From Candidatus Nanosynbacter sp. (GTDB lineage Bacteria; Patescibacteriota; Saccharimonadia; Saccharimonadales; Saccharimonadaceae), in contig JABZKC010000001.1 of assembly GCA_015257485.1 (NCBI GenBank), positions 5,078 through 69,077 on the forward strand: DNA of 64,000 nucleotides. The letters are read 5' to 3'. Every line of letters starts with the position of its first letter. Within the stretch, counting starts at the first letter, position 1. Under the pieces are notes generated by a model. The model had not been told where the DNA came from, did not search any database, and saw only the letters and a program-made list of their open reading frames with translations. This document shows, piece after piece, positions 48,765 through 58,717 of this stretch. A program made the position numbers and the translations under genes.

Positions 48765-50270
48765 TTAATTGTTTGTTCCTGATGAAGTTTTCTGCCCCAC
48801 ACATTCCGCATCGTCTCTTGCACAATCCTTGGCTGGTGCAGCAAACATGCCTTCCACCTGGAGATAAGAGTCGGTCACGTTTTGACCAGAAGGGCCAAAT
48901 GTTAAAATGTGCTTATTCGTAAACTTAAAGAGCTCTGGATCTACATTGATAATCGTCGAAAAACGAAGTACTAAGTTTGAGCTTGAATCACGACCGTTCG
49001 AAGAATCCGTCACACGAATGCCATTTGGCACCATTAAACATTTGTTCTCTGCCGACCATTTCACATTATCGCCGTTCTTTTCGCCCTTATAAGTAATACA
49101 GCTACTTTCGAAGTGCGGCACGCTCGAAATTTTACCATCCAATCCCATCGAAGGTGTGTAGATGTAATTTTTTACATTCTTAATTTTCTGCGTGCGAGTC
49201 TTCACACCATTTACTTCCGATTCTGACACTTCTGTATTGGTATCAATCGTGTCTTGGATTCCATCATCTGCCGTACGCATTTTTTCATGCTTATACCAAA
49301 GGTCAAATAATGGACTACGCCAAATCTTTTCATCTGGGATAATCGTCTGAATATCTGTCTTGACTACATCACCATTATTTTCTACATTACCACTCTTTTC
49401 CGTATTTTCCACATGCTCAACATCGTCTGAAACGTTCGATTTTGTCTTTACTTTCCCGAAGTCGCCATTCAATTTCGTATTTGAAACATCGGAATTATTA
49501 TTTGATTGACTTAAGGCATCCCTCTTTTGATGATCATTTCGTGCTGGATCACAGTCGGTTAATCCACGCTTCCAAATCGCATAAGTATTACCATTATCAG
49601 TCAAAATATTTCCCGCCGAATCCGTTTCCTCAATACACCTTGATGGAATCAAATTCCCTTGTGTATCCACATAACGTCCATAGTCATACTTCATCAAATT
49701 CACTGATTTCTTAAATGACTCTAGTACGCGGTAATCAATATATGGTTCCTCCCCCGCATTCGCCTGGGCATCGAAATTAATCGTTGAGTTCGAAAGATTC
49801 ACGTTTAAGTCCGAAATCTTAATTGTATCTTTGTTGGTTGGGAAAAGATTTTTTAACACCGGAAAGACTCGTGACAGAACCGAACGTTTATCATTAATGC
49901 TTTTTAGTTTTGCCAGCTGGTCCTGAATATTCAAGAAATCTGGCAATTCCGAATACTCCTTAATTGTCGAAGAGAGATTATCAATATGCTTACCTTGGCT
50001 ATCAATCGTCAAATCTTGCGTCCCCTTAATCACTGCCAGAAACGCCGTAAAGACTGCTGATCCAATAATTACTAGTACTGAAACAAAAACAATCGTGTTG
50101 CGTAGTTTCATCAACTTCAACATATCGGTCTTAATATCTGGCACCAAATTAATTTCATACTTACCAGTTTGACCCGTCATCATTTCATTGTCATCTTCAC
50201 CAGTGAAAATACTTTTGATCACACCTGGAATATCAGAAAGATGCATGGTTTTAAAATCAATTTTTTTCAT
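48765..50270 (-). CDS. PilN-like inner-membrane pilus alignment protein with an enlarged extracytoplasmic domain (501 aa)
   Basis: N-terminal cytoplasmic motif YEINLVPDIK (the INLLP PilM-binding motif), a single TM, Cys-containing periplasmic domain, and position immediately downstream of pilM. Confidence 0.55.
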   Translation of the reverse strand: MKKIDFKTMHLSDIPGVIKSIFTGEDDNEMMTGQTGKYEINLVPDIKTDMLKLMKLRNTIVFVSVLVIIGSAVFTAFLAVIKGTQDLTIDSQGKHIDNLSSTIKEYSELPDFLNIQDQLAKLKSINDKRSVLSRVFPVLKNLFPTNKDTIKISDLNVNLSNSTINFDAQANAGEEPYIDYRVLESFKKSVNLMKYDYGRYVDTQGNLIPSRCIEETDSAGNILTDNGNTYAIWKRGLTDCDPARNDHQKRDALSQSNNNSDVSNTKLNGDFGKVKTKSNVSDDVEHVENTEKSGNVENNGDVVKTDIQTIIPDEKIWRSPLFDLWYKHEKMRTADDGIQDTIDTNTEVSESEVNGVKTRTQKIKNVKNYIYTPSMGLDGKISSVPHFESSCITYKGEKNGDNVKWSAENKCLMVPNGIRVTDSSNGRDSSSNLVLRFSTIINVDPELFKFTNKHILTFGPSGQNVTDSYLQVEGMFAAPAKDCARDDAECVGQKTSSGTNN

Positions 50271-51316
50271 CAGTCATTGCTCCTTTCTGCAAGTCCAATT
50301 GCTACGCCAAATTCCGATGCCACTGGTAGTAATAATTTCTGCTGTTGCTCATTGACGCGTACATACTGCCATGGATTACCTTGAATTGTCGAAATACCAG
50401 TTTTTACTTCAATATACTCCGCCATTAGTGGAATAATACCTGCATACCCTGAAAGAATAATTCCACCAAATTGTGCTCCTGTGTATTTGTTCTGGAAGAA
50501 ACGTACCGACTTGACTAATTCCATCGTAAAGCCTTCTAAATTGCTCGAAAGCGTTTGATAAATTCTACCTTCGAATTGATTTTGCAATAAACCATATTGC
50601 AAAATAAATTGTTTTGCCTGTGCTTCTGAAATTGAGAGCCCATTCGCTACAGTTTTTACAAAGGCCGAAAGTCCACCCGGAATCGAACGCACTAACCTTG
50701 GCGCACCAAGATACATTACCACTAAATCTGTGGAATTTGCCCCAAAATCGATAATCATTCTTGCATCGTCCACACCAATTTGCGATAAAGCCCTCACCAT
50801 GGCAATCGGTTCTGGCTCCTGTGCAATCACATTCAGCCCCAGCATTTCAATATCTTCGAGTCTCTCTTCCGCGTAGGCACGATCTGTGGATGAAATCAAA
50901 ATCTCTGCCTTCATATTATCATTAGGCGATACTCCAAGCACTGCAAAATCAATCTTCGCATCGTCCACTGCCATCGGAATATACTGATCAGATTCGTACT
51001 TTACAGTTTTTGCTAGTTCCTTTTCTGGAGCATTTGGTACTTCAATAATTGCTGTATAAGTTTTGCGCGCCGGCAAGCCAATCGCGATATTTTTAGTAGT
51101 AATACCCGCCTGCTTTTTCGCGCCCAAAATTGTTTCGGCCAGTTTCCTACGACCCTGCTCCGAATCATCCATCGTAATTTTTTGGTCCACCGGCACATAG
51201 GCGAATTTTTCCAACACCCAACCCTTCTCAATATCGCCCGACAATTGAATCATGCGAATCGAGTTAGTTCCAATATCTAATGCGAAGAAATCGCCCACAC
51301 CACGTAATAGACTCAT
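50270..51316 (-). CDS. pilM: Type IV pilus assembly protein PilM (actin-like ATPase fold)
   Basis: FALDIGTNSIRMIQL (phosphate-1 of the actin fold), 348 aa, and gene order pilM then pilN-like. Confidence 0.85.
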   Translation of the reverse strand: MSLLRGVGDFFALDIGTNSIRMIQLSGDIEKGWVLEKFAYVPVDQKITMDDSEQGRRKLAETILGAKKQAGITTKNIAIGLPARKTYTAIIEVPNAPEKELAKTVKYESDQYIPMAVDDAKIDFAVLGVSPNDNMKAEILISSTDRAYAEERLEDIEMLGLNVIAQEPEPIAMVRALSQIGVDDARMIIDFGANSTDLVVMYLGAPRLVRSIPGGLSAFVKTVANGLSISEAQAKQFILQYGLLQNQFEGRIYQTLSSNLEGFTMELVKSVRFFQNKYTGAQFGGIILSGYAGIIPLMAEYIEVKTGISTIQGNPWQYVRVNEQQQKLLLPVASEFGVAIGLAERSND

Positions 51317-51360
51317 ATAGCTTTATTATAACATAAGCGAAATAGAAATCTTTAATTTTT

Positions 51361-52302
51361 TTACAGGATTTCAATCGACTTTTTACTCTTCAGGAAGCTA
51401 ATTTCTTGCACTACCAAATCTTTATATTCGCCCTCTGATTGAATAAAAATTCTCTGCTTTTCCTCAAAATGAATCGTCTTTTCTTTTAATTTTTTCCCTG
51501 GAATTCCACTAAACATAGCCTGCAACATAAAAAATACCATGGCAAAAAAGTTATTCAAACGTTGTTCCGTATATAGAAAAGTTTCTCCCAAATAATATTC
51601 CCCACCTTTCATTAACCTCGCCACATTTTTCCCGTTCACTACGAGAATATCTGAATATTTTTGACCATCAACCGTAATATAGTCTTTCTTATGATTCACG
51701 AAAAACCACATCAAAAGCGTCTTCAAGGAAAAGATTAAATTAAATTTCGATTTTCTCAATTTCCTACGCACTTTTTCATCATCAAAAATTTTCGTCGATT
51801 CCGCCATCATCCCCACCGTAAAATACGCCAGAGCGTAACGAAAATGCTTTCCATCCATCAAGGCCTCAATTGGGTAAACTTTTTTACCCGAATTTGGCCG
51901 TAAAATCTGAATAATATCGTTAAAATTCCCGTACGGTATCACATAAAATTTCGCCGCCTTACCCGACTGCATAATCCCGTTCACCCCGATTCCTGCCGTA
52001 CCATCACCACCAGCCGTAAGCACCACATCTCCATCCACGATTAATTTCGAGAGTTTTTCCACGTTTTCTTCCAGCGTCGGCGACTCCACATCAAAACGCA
52101 AAAAAGTCATTCCCTTTTGCTGTAAGATAAATTCACGAAGCGGTTTCACCACTTCTTTTTCAACTCGTTTATGACCTGTACTCTTGCAATTACAAACCAA
52201 AATCACTCGCATCCTTACTCCAGCGAGTTCTTTTAGGCGAATCTTAATATGTTCAAGATCGGCTTTCCTCGACATTTTAATTCCCTTTGCCGTAGATGCC
52301 AC
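51361..52302 (-). CDS. Diacylglycerol/lipid kinase catalytic-domain protein (YegS/BmrU-like)
   Basis: VVLTAGGDGTAGIGVNGIM (the GGDGT motif of the DAGK_cat family); the NAD-kinase NxGxLGFL motif is absent. Confidence 0.7.
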   Translation of the reverse strand: MASTAKGIKMSRKADLEHIKIRLKELAGVRMRVILVCNCKSTGHKRVEKEVVKPLREFILQQKGMTFLRFDVESPTLEENVEKLSKLIVDGDVVLTAGGDGTAGIGVNGIMQSGKAAKFYVIPYGNFNDIIQILRPNSGKKVYPIEALMDGKHFRYALAYFTVGMMAESTKIFDDEKVRRKLRKSKFNLIFSLKTLLMWFFVNHKKDYITVDGQKYSDILVVNGKNVARLMKGGEYYLGETFLYTEQRLNNFFAMVFFMLQAMFSGIPGKKLKEKTIHFEEKQRIFIQSEGEYKDLVVQEISFLKSKKSIEIL

Positions 52303-52687
52303 CAGGCAAAAGGAAGTTCAAAATTCCCCACATCAAAGCATAAACCAAAAGTCCAATCACAATTTGCATTGCGCGATCTTTTGCTATTTTGATTTTTCCT
52401 GGATCATTTTGTGAAGTCATATAAAGAAAACCAACATAGGTAAATCCCGCTACCGCACCAACTCCTACCCCGTAGGTTAAAATATTCACTACACTACCAA
52501 TGATCGAAAAGAAAGCTTCTTGGCTATCAGAAGTTCCACATTTAATAATTGCAGTTGGCACACCGCAGTCTTCCCCCTCCGCAAATACTCTAGCCACCGG
52601 CAAAAAAGCCACCATCGACACGCAAAAAATCGCGAAAACTGGTAGCAAATTTAATAATCTTTGACAAAAATTTTTCATTACTTTCAT
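52277..52687 (-). CDS. Small secreted protein with two hydrophobic helices; VirB2/TrbC-pilin-like architecture (136 aa)
   Basis: Signal peptide ...FLPVARVFA|EGED, then a mature part of about 105 aa with two long hydrophobic segments separated by a short polar loop (TSQNDPGKIKIAKDR). Overlaps the lipid-kinase gene by 26 nt. Confidence 0.4.
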   Translation of the reverse strand: MKVMKNFCQRLLNLLPVFAIFCVSMVAFLPVARVFAEGEDCGVPTAIIKCGTSDSQEAFFSIIGSVVNILTYGVGVGAVAGFTYVGFLYMTSQNDPGKIKIAKDRAMQIVIGLLVYALMWGILNFLLPGGIYGKGN

Positions 52688-52747
52688 TATAGCGTATCTT
52701 GTGTTTTTCGCACAGTTTCCCGTCCGAAAATCACCCGCTCCCCTATT

Positions 52748-53752
52748 TTAATGTAAATATTCGTGCAGTTTTTTCGTATCTTTGTGTTTACGAAGCTTGG
52801 ATAAGGCCTTCGCCTCAATCTGACGAATGCGTTCACGCGTCACTGAAAATTCCGCGCCCACTTCTTCCAAAGTATGTGGACGACCACCACCAATACCAAA
52901 ACGTAGCTTCACTACTTTTTGCTCACGTTCCGAAAGGCTAGAAAGAATTTCCGCAATTTGCTCTTTTAGCATCTGCGCAGCGGCCGCATCTTCTGGCGAA
53001 ACTCGACCTTCATCTTCGATAAAATCACCGAGTACTGAATCCTCATCATCACCATCGCGACCCACTGTTGCATCAAGTGAAGCAATATCTTGCTTGATTT
53101 TCATTACATAGTCAATCTTTTCCGGTTCCATACCCATCTCTTTAGCAATTTCTTCCACGGTCGGCTCACGGTTAAGTTCATTGGTTAATTTGCGCGTTGC
53201 ACGAAGCACCTTGTTGATCGTTTCTACCATATGCACTGGAATACGAATCGTTCTTGCCTGATCCGCAATCGCACGGGTGATTGCTTGACGAATCCACCAA
53301 GTTGCATAAGTCGAGAATTTAAAACCCTTATCCGGATCAAACTTCTCTACCGCGCGCAAAAGCCCCGTGTTTCCCTCTTGAATCAAATCCAAAAAATCCA
53401 AACCTCTACCCGAATAACGTTTTGCAATCGAAACCACTAGGCGCATATTGGCTTCTACCATTTTATCTTTGGCTTTTTTCTCACCCTTCACGATGCGATA
53501 GGCCAAATCTACTTCCTCCTCATTCGAAAGTAGTGGAATCTTACCAATCTCACGCAAATACAGACGCACCGAGTCATCAGAGAACTGATCTACGTTCTCT
53601 GCTGTAATCTCGAGATCTTCATCCGTCAAATCATCTTCCGAGACTAAATCATCATATTCCGGCTCTGGCGCACCATCCAGACTAAAAGAGCTGAGAACGT
53701 CTTCTTCCTCATTGATCTTGTTCTTATCTTCTTCCACGACATTTTTTCCCAT
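52748..53752 (-). CDS. rpoD: RNA polymerase sigma-70 factor RpoD (compact, 334 aa)
   Basis: Region 2 [50 protein letters not shown], region 3 and region 4 [38 protein letters not shown]. Confidence 0.9.
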   Translation of the reverse strand: MGKNVVEEDKNKINEEEDVLSSFSLDGAPEPEYDDLVSEDDLTDEDLEITAENVDQFSDDSVRLYLREIGKIPLLSNEEEVDLAYRIVKGEKKAKDKMVEANMRLVVSIAKRYSGRGLDFLDLIQEGNTGLLRAVEKFDPDKGFKFSTYATWWIRQAITRAIADQARTIRIPVHMVETINKVLRATRKLTNELNREPTVEEIAKEMGMEPEKIDYVMKIKQDIASLDATVGRDGDDEDSVLGDFIEDEGRVSPEDAAAAQMLKEQIAEILSSLSEREQKVVKLRFGIGGGRPHTLEEVGAEFSVTRERIRQIEAKALSKLRKHKDTKKLHEYLH

Positions 53753-53897
53753 TGCACCAATTTATATCACAAAAAATCAAACATGTCAAAATCTCTCCCT
53801 TGATTTTCTGCTTCTACCCCTTTCCCTTATTTTTATCTTTATTCCCAAACGCAATTCTCAAATTTGCTCGCAAGATATTTATCGGATTTTTCATCTC

Positions 53898-55292
53898 TTA
53901 TCTAACTTTTTGCAAGAAGAGATATCTGTTCGCGTTTTTCTTTTCATTCTCTGGAACCGAAGCATATTCTTCATTGGAATATCTCTCACCCTGATGTGAA
54001 CCTATATTTTCTAAGAAACCCTCCTTCACCTGATCAAGCATCGCCAATTCTTCCATCGCTTTTTGCTTTTCTTCTTCACTACTTCTTTTATCATCAATAA
54101 TATTCTGTAGCTCATTTCTTGAAGCATCGATACGATAAAGCCCAATCCCAAATTCTAACTTCGCATTACTAGAAATTGCACGGCCTACATCGGCCTTGAT
54201 TTTATCTAAATTAAATTTCGATTCAAAGGCCTTCATCTTCTCAATCGATTCATTGTGCAACTTATTTCGTTCATCAAAAGATGCAAGTTCTGGACTACCA
54301 GCTTCTGGCTTTTTTAATGGCCTCAAAAAACTTTCATAATACATCTCTTTATAGCCATCTGCCGCCATTGCCCCACCAAGTGTTTTCAGGTTCTCATAGA
54401 AAAACTTCTCCTCCGCCTGTCTCAATGCCTCTTTTTGTACCGCATTTAAAGCTTCAGTTTTAATACCATCAGCCGTATTATTTTCAGTTGTTTTATCTAC
54501 TTTTACCGTCGATGCACTTCCTCCAGGAAAGAACATTGGCCCGCCTGCTCCGCCTATCCAAGAAAAAGTCCTGGTTGGTTTTTTCTCTTTCTTTTCAGAA
54601 GCTTCATTCTCCACTGAAGTTTTCGATTCATTAGTCTTCGCAGAATCTTCCACTGAAATTTCTGATTTTTCTTCAGTTTTTAGTTCAGTCTTGTCTTCAG
54701 TTTTTCCCTCGGTTTCCTTTTCAGTCTTTTCTTTAGTCTCGGCCTCAGCCTTTTCCTCGCCCGATTTTCCACCAAACAGCTGATAAACCCGCTCATCCAT
54801 TTCACGAGCTTTCTTCACTTTTTCTACTTTGTCATGACAATCAACTAAACGCTGCGAAAAGCGCTCCATTAACTTCATTTTTTCGTCTCGTGGCAGTTCT
54901 TTATCTTGACTAAGCCTTCTTAAAAAGTCTTTACTTTCTTCAAATTGTTCATTTCGAAGCTCAAGTTCTTTCTCACGCTTCGCCTCGTTTACTTCACGAT
55001 TTTCATAAATGTCGTAAAGTTTAGTTAATTTATTCTCAACTAAATCCAGCGCATGCTTCTTAGTCTTGTAATCATCAAAACCCAGTTTCCCCTCCATCTT
55101 CATCTGCTCAATCATCTCACGACGATTCGCGATCTGGCTCATCTTCATCTCAAAAATTTCTGCCCCAGTTTTTGGCTTTTCTGAATTTTTTTCTACCTCA
55201 AAATTCTTCACCGGATTTTGCTCCGCCGAAAAGTTACCCGTTTTTTCCACTCCACCTCCTGGAGCCGCACTGCCTAATTTATTTGGATTCAT
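53898..55292 (-). CDS. Hypothetical K/E-rich coiled-coil protein (464 aa) inserted between dnaG and rpoD
   Basis: Highly charged repeats (TEKETEGKTEDKTELKTEEK) and no catalytic motif. Confidence 0.45.
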   Translation of the reverse strand: MNPNKLGSAAPGGGVEKTGNFSAEQNPVKNFEVEKNSEKPKTGAEIFEMKMSQIANRREMIEQMKMEGKLGFDDYKTKKHALDLVENKLTKLYDIYENREVNEAKREKELELRNEQFEESKDFLRRLSQDKELPRDEKMKLMERFSQRLVDCHDKVEKVKKAREMDERVYQLFGGKSGEEKAEAETKEKTEKETEGKTEDKTELKTEEKSEISVEDSAKTNESKTSVENEASEKKEKKPTRTFSWIGGAGGPMFFPGGSASTVKVDKTTENNTADGIKTEALNAVQKEALRQAEEKFFYENLKTLGGAMAADGYKEMYYESFLRPLKKPEAGSPELASFDERNKLHNESIEKMKAFESKFNLDKIKADVGRAISSNAKLEFGIGLYRIDASRNELQNIIDDKRSSEEEKQKAMEELAMLDQVKEGFLENIGSHQGERYSNEEYASVPENEKKNANRYLFLQKVR

Positions 55293-55402
55293 TATTATTT
55301 TAGTTCCTCAAATTAAATTAAGTATAACGCTTATTTTAATCTTAATCAACCAGCCAACCTCAAAAAATGCCGATAAAATCTAACTCCCCCCTCACACTTT
55401 TT

Positions 55403-57016
55403 CTAGCCTAAACGCTCAATTTCCTTCAAAATTTCCGTCATTCGCTCTTCGTCTTCACAAGATTCAAGCTCTAAAATCAATTGTCTCTTTTTCTCTTTAT
55501 TACGTTCTACCTCGTAGCGTTGACGAAGCTCCTGACTTAATTTCGAAAGTTCCGCTTCACTCTTTTTCGCAAATTTTTCTTCAAAAATCAACGATAATTC
55601 CTCTAACTTCACTTCATCGGTCGGAATCTCCAAATCAATCTCCGCTCCTGCCGTTCCCCCATAAACCAAAATCGCAAGTAAATCATTTTCGAGTACCTTC
55701 AAAAGACTTGGTGTCGCCGTCTCCTTCACTTCTTTCACTGGCTTAAGTCGCACAGTTTCCACTTGTACCTTTTTTTCTTTCAGGTCCTCCACCGTTACTT
55801 CCAATTTACGTGCCACCATCTGCTCGTAATGCTTACGCTCCACCGGGTCTTGAATTTCCACGATCAATTTCATTGCCAAATCCGAATATTGTTTCTTTCC
55901 CATTCCGGTACGCAAATTACATTTAATTTCATATTTTCCTAACACCCAATCGATCGCTGGCACCGGCTTCGCTACGCATTCTCGCCATTTTTCTGGCGCC
56001 GAACGAATTAATTCATCCGGATCCTTCGCTTTACCATAATCTGATACCACCGACAAAGAAATTCCCAATTTACTCGCCATCAAAATCGCTCGTTCCGTCG
56101 CCGCTACCCCCGCTGTGTCTCCGTCATAAGCCAAACGAATATCTGAAGTTAGACGCGATAAAATTTTCAAATGATTTTCCGTCATCGCCGTACCCGAAGT
56201 CGCCACCGCCTCCTGCACCCCCGCCTGATGCGACGAGATCACATCCATATTCCCCTCCACAATCACACAAAAACCATTTTCCCTGATCGCTTTTTTCGCC
56301 AAATTCAAGCCAAAAATAAATCGACCCTTATTAAAAAGTAACGTTTCCGATGTATTCAAGTATTTCGGCTCCCCCGCTTCTGTAATTCTCCCCGTAAAAC
56401 CAATCACGTTATCGGAACTTGCATCAATAAACGGAATCATCATCCTACCACGGAAAAAATCTCCACCAAAGCGATTCATCAAGCCCGCCTCTTTAATTTC
56501 CGCTTCCTTATAGCCACGTTTTTTCAAAAAATTTACCAAAAAATCTTTCCCACTCGGCGCATAGCCAATTCGAAACTTCAAAATCGAATTACGATCTAAA
56601 TTTCTCTGATAAAATACATAGTCTCGTATTTTTTCGTTTTTCACCAGGCATGCTTGATAAAATTTCGTCGCGAGTTCCAAAATTTCCCGCATCTTCATCT
56701 TTGTGCGCGACACTTGCATATCTCCATTCGAGTATTTTTTTAGTTCCACCCGTGCCTTTGCCGCTAATTTTTCCAAAGCCTCCGGAAAACTAATTCCCTC
56801 TACCTCCATTACAAACGAGAAAATATCCCCACCTTTATTTGCCGAGAAATCATGCCAAATCCCCTTATCTGGCGACACCATAAACGAAGGTGTTTTATCG
56901 ACCCCCCAAGGTGAATGTCCCTTCAGAGTTGCACCGCTTCGCTTCAGCTCAATATATTCCGATACCACATCTTCGATCGGCAGCCTGGCTCGAATTTCCT
57001 CCTTCGCATCTTGCAT
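55403..57016 (-). CDS. dnaG: DNA primase
   Basis: N-terminal region HSPWGVDKTPSFMVSPDKGIWHDFSANKGGDIFSF (no obvious Cys/His zinc-ribbon ligands in this stretch), RNA-polymerase domain, and Toprim (EGNMDVIS...DGDTAG). Confidence 0.9.
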   Translation of the reverse strand: MQDAKEEIRARLPIEDVVSEYIELKRSGATLKGHSPWGVDKTPSFMVSPDKGIWHDFSANKGGDIFSFVMEVEGISFPEALEKLAAKARVELKKYSNGDMQVSRTKMKMREILELATKFYQACLVKNEKIRDYVFYQRNLDRNSILKFRIGYAPSGKDFLVNFLKKRGYKEAEIKEAGLMNRFGGDFFRGRMMIPFIDASSDNVIGFTGRITEAGEPKYLNTSETLLFNKGRFIFGLNLAKKAIRENGFCVIVEGNMDVISSHQAGVQEAVATSGTAMTENHLKILSRLTSDIRLAYDGDTAGVAATERAILMASKLGISLSVVSDYGKAKDPDELIRSAPEKWRECVAKPVPAIDWVLGKYEIKCNLRTGMGKKQYSDLAMKLIVEIQDPVERKHYEQMVARKLEVTVEDLKEKKVQVETVRLKPVKEVKETATPSLLKVLENDLLAILVYGGTAGAEIDLEIPTDEVKLEELSLIFEEKFAKKSEAELSKLSQELRQRYEVERNKEKKRQLILELESCEDEERMTEILKEIERLG

Positions 57017-57054
57017 AATATAATTATAACAAACCTCTATGCTATAATTAAAGC

Positions 57055-57717
57055 ATGGACAATATGGCTTATCTTCAACAAATCGCCTCTAATTCTTCCA
57101 AGCCGAATTCAGGCAAAAAGAGTTCTCCTTTTGGTTTTCTCGAAAAAATCATCCCTTATCTTACCCTGCGCAATATTTCTATCGCTCTTGGGGCTATTTT
57201 CATCTTAATTCTTTTCAGTATTTTTTCTGGCACTAAAAAAATCGTCGAAAACCGCGATCGCGATAGTTTGGTTTCGAGTTATTACCTCGCCAAATATATG
57301 AACGAAGAACTTATCGACAAATATAAGGACTATATGCAATCCTCCGATGTTCGCGGTATCACTGCCTCCCTTCAAGCCGTACTTGTCGAACTTGAATTGA
57401 ATGAAAAAAATCTCCTAACTTCTGAATTTGGTATTACCGAACTAGAGTCTACTTTTAATAAATCGGAGCTTGCAACTAGCCAAAAAAATACCGTTGAGAA
57501 AATCGCCGAAAAATTCCAAAATGGTCGTATTTCCGCTCGTCTTGATCGTTTTGCCCTACGTGAATTCCCCCTACTTCTAGCCTATTTAATTAATTATCAA
57601 ACCGAAGCCGAAACTCGTACCACTAATCAAAAAATTAAAGCCAACACCATCGAGCGTGTGAAAAACCTCGAAAATATTAAATCTCAATACGAAAATTTCA
57701 AATCTTCTGCTATCTAA
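57055..57717 (+). CDS. Hypothetical membrane-anchored protein (220 aa); the only plus-strand CDS in the 29-62 kb block
   Basis: One TM (IALGAIFILILFSIFSG) and no motif. Confidence 0.45.
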   Translation: MDNMAYLQQIASNSSKPNSGKKSSPFGFLEKIIPYLTLRNISIALGAIFILILFSIFSGTKKIVENRDRDSLVSSYYLAKYMNEELIDKYKDYMQSSDVRGITASLQAVLVELELNEKNLLTSEFGITELESTFNKSELATSQKNTVEKIAEKFQNGRISARLDRFALREFPLLLAYLINYQTEAETRTTNQKIKANTIERVKNLENIKSQYENFKSSAI

Positions 57718-57851
57718 AACTACAAAAATTTCTCCAAAATACGTTTCATAAAACATGAGAAGCCATTTCGTAAAACTTAAAAAACCATCTCGTAAAGCTC
57801 TTAAATCGTAACAAAAATAAGTCGCTCTTCGCGACCTATTTTTTTTAAAAC

Positions 57852-58307
57852 CTATTTCTGGTGTTTGCGAATATCTTTCAAGACTTCCAAGATTTGTTTA
57901 TCAGTAGTTGGCTCGGCTTTTTCTTTCTCTTCTTTCTTGAATTTGCTGGTAAATTTATTCATAATCTTAATGATTAAGAATACACAAAAAGCGATAATCA
58001 CAAAGTCTACCATATTTTGTAGGAAGTTCCCGTAGCGAATATGAGCCGCAGAGTCTTGTCCAAATAGATTTGGAATCGTGATTTCCAAATTGCGAAAATC
58101 TACTCCACCCGCGATTAAACCAACTAATGGCATAATCATATCACTTACTAGTGATGAAATGATTTTTTGGAATGCACCACCGATGATCACACCGACTGCA
58201 AGATCGAGTACGTTACCACGATTGATGAATTCCTTAAATTCTGTCATAAAGTTCGATTTGCTCACTTTTTCGACATTCTTTTTAAGTTTCTTTAATTCTT
58301 TTTTCAT
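57852..58307 (-). CDS. mscL: Large-conductance mechanosensitive channel
   Basis: FKEFINRGNVLDLAVGVIIGGAFQKIISSLVSDMIMPLVG (the signature MscL TM1). Confidence 0.85.
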   Translation of the reverse strand: MKKELKKLKKNVEKVSKSNFMTEFKEFINRGNVLDLAVGVIIGGAFQKIISSLVSDMIMPLVGLIAGGVDFRNLEITIPNLFGQDSAAHIRYGNFLQNMVDFVIIAFCVFLIIKIMNKFTSKFKKEEKEKAEPTTDKQILEVLKDIRKHQK

Positions 58308-58383
58308 AGGCTCATTATATGAGATTTTTCTTTTCCCCGCAAATAAAAATAGGCAGTCAACCTATTTTTATCATCCTAGAATT

Positions 58384-58716
58384 CTAATCCACCATTTCTT
58401 TAGTCAGATTATAGCTTAGTCGTACCAAGTCCTCGATCTTATCTTCTTCCACTTGGCCACTCAGCACAATTTCTACTCCCCCCACACCGAAATAACGCGA
58501 AGTCATTACTGATTCGAATTCTTCTTCTAGTAATTTCGACAAATTTCGGTCACATCTAACTTCCAACGTATTTTTACGTTCCACCAAAAATACTTTTTCA
58601 TTTGGCGTCAAATAGATATATTCTTCTAAATTTGCGTTTTTTGTATTCGCGTGAATATCGAAAAATCGCTCTTTCTTAAATTTTCCAATTCCACTTACTT
58701 TTTCAATTTCAAACAT
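58384..58716 (-). CDS. Hypothetical protein (110 aa)
   Basis: Only ORF evidence and co-orientation. Confidence 0.35.
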   Translation of the reverse strand: MFEIEKVSGIGKFKKERFFDIHANTKNANLEEYIYLTPNEKVFLVERKNTLEVRCDRNLSKLLEEEFESVMTSRYFGVGGVEIVLSGQVEEDKIEDLVRLSYNLTKEMVD

Positions 58717-58717
58717 C

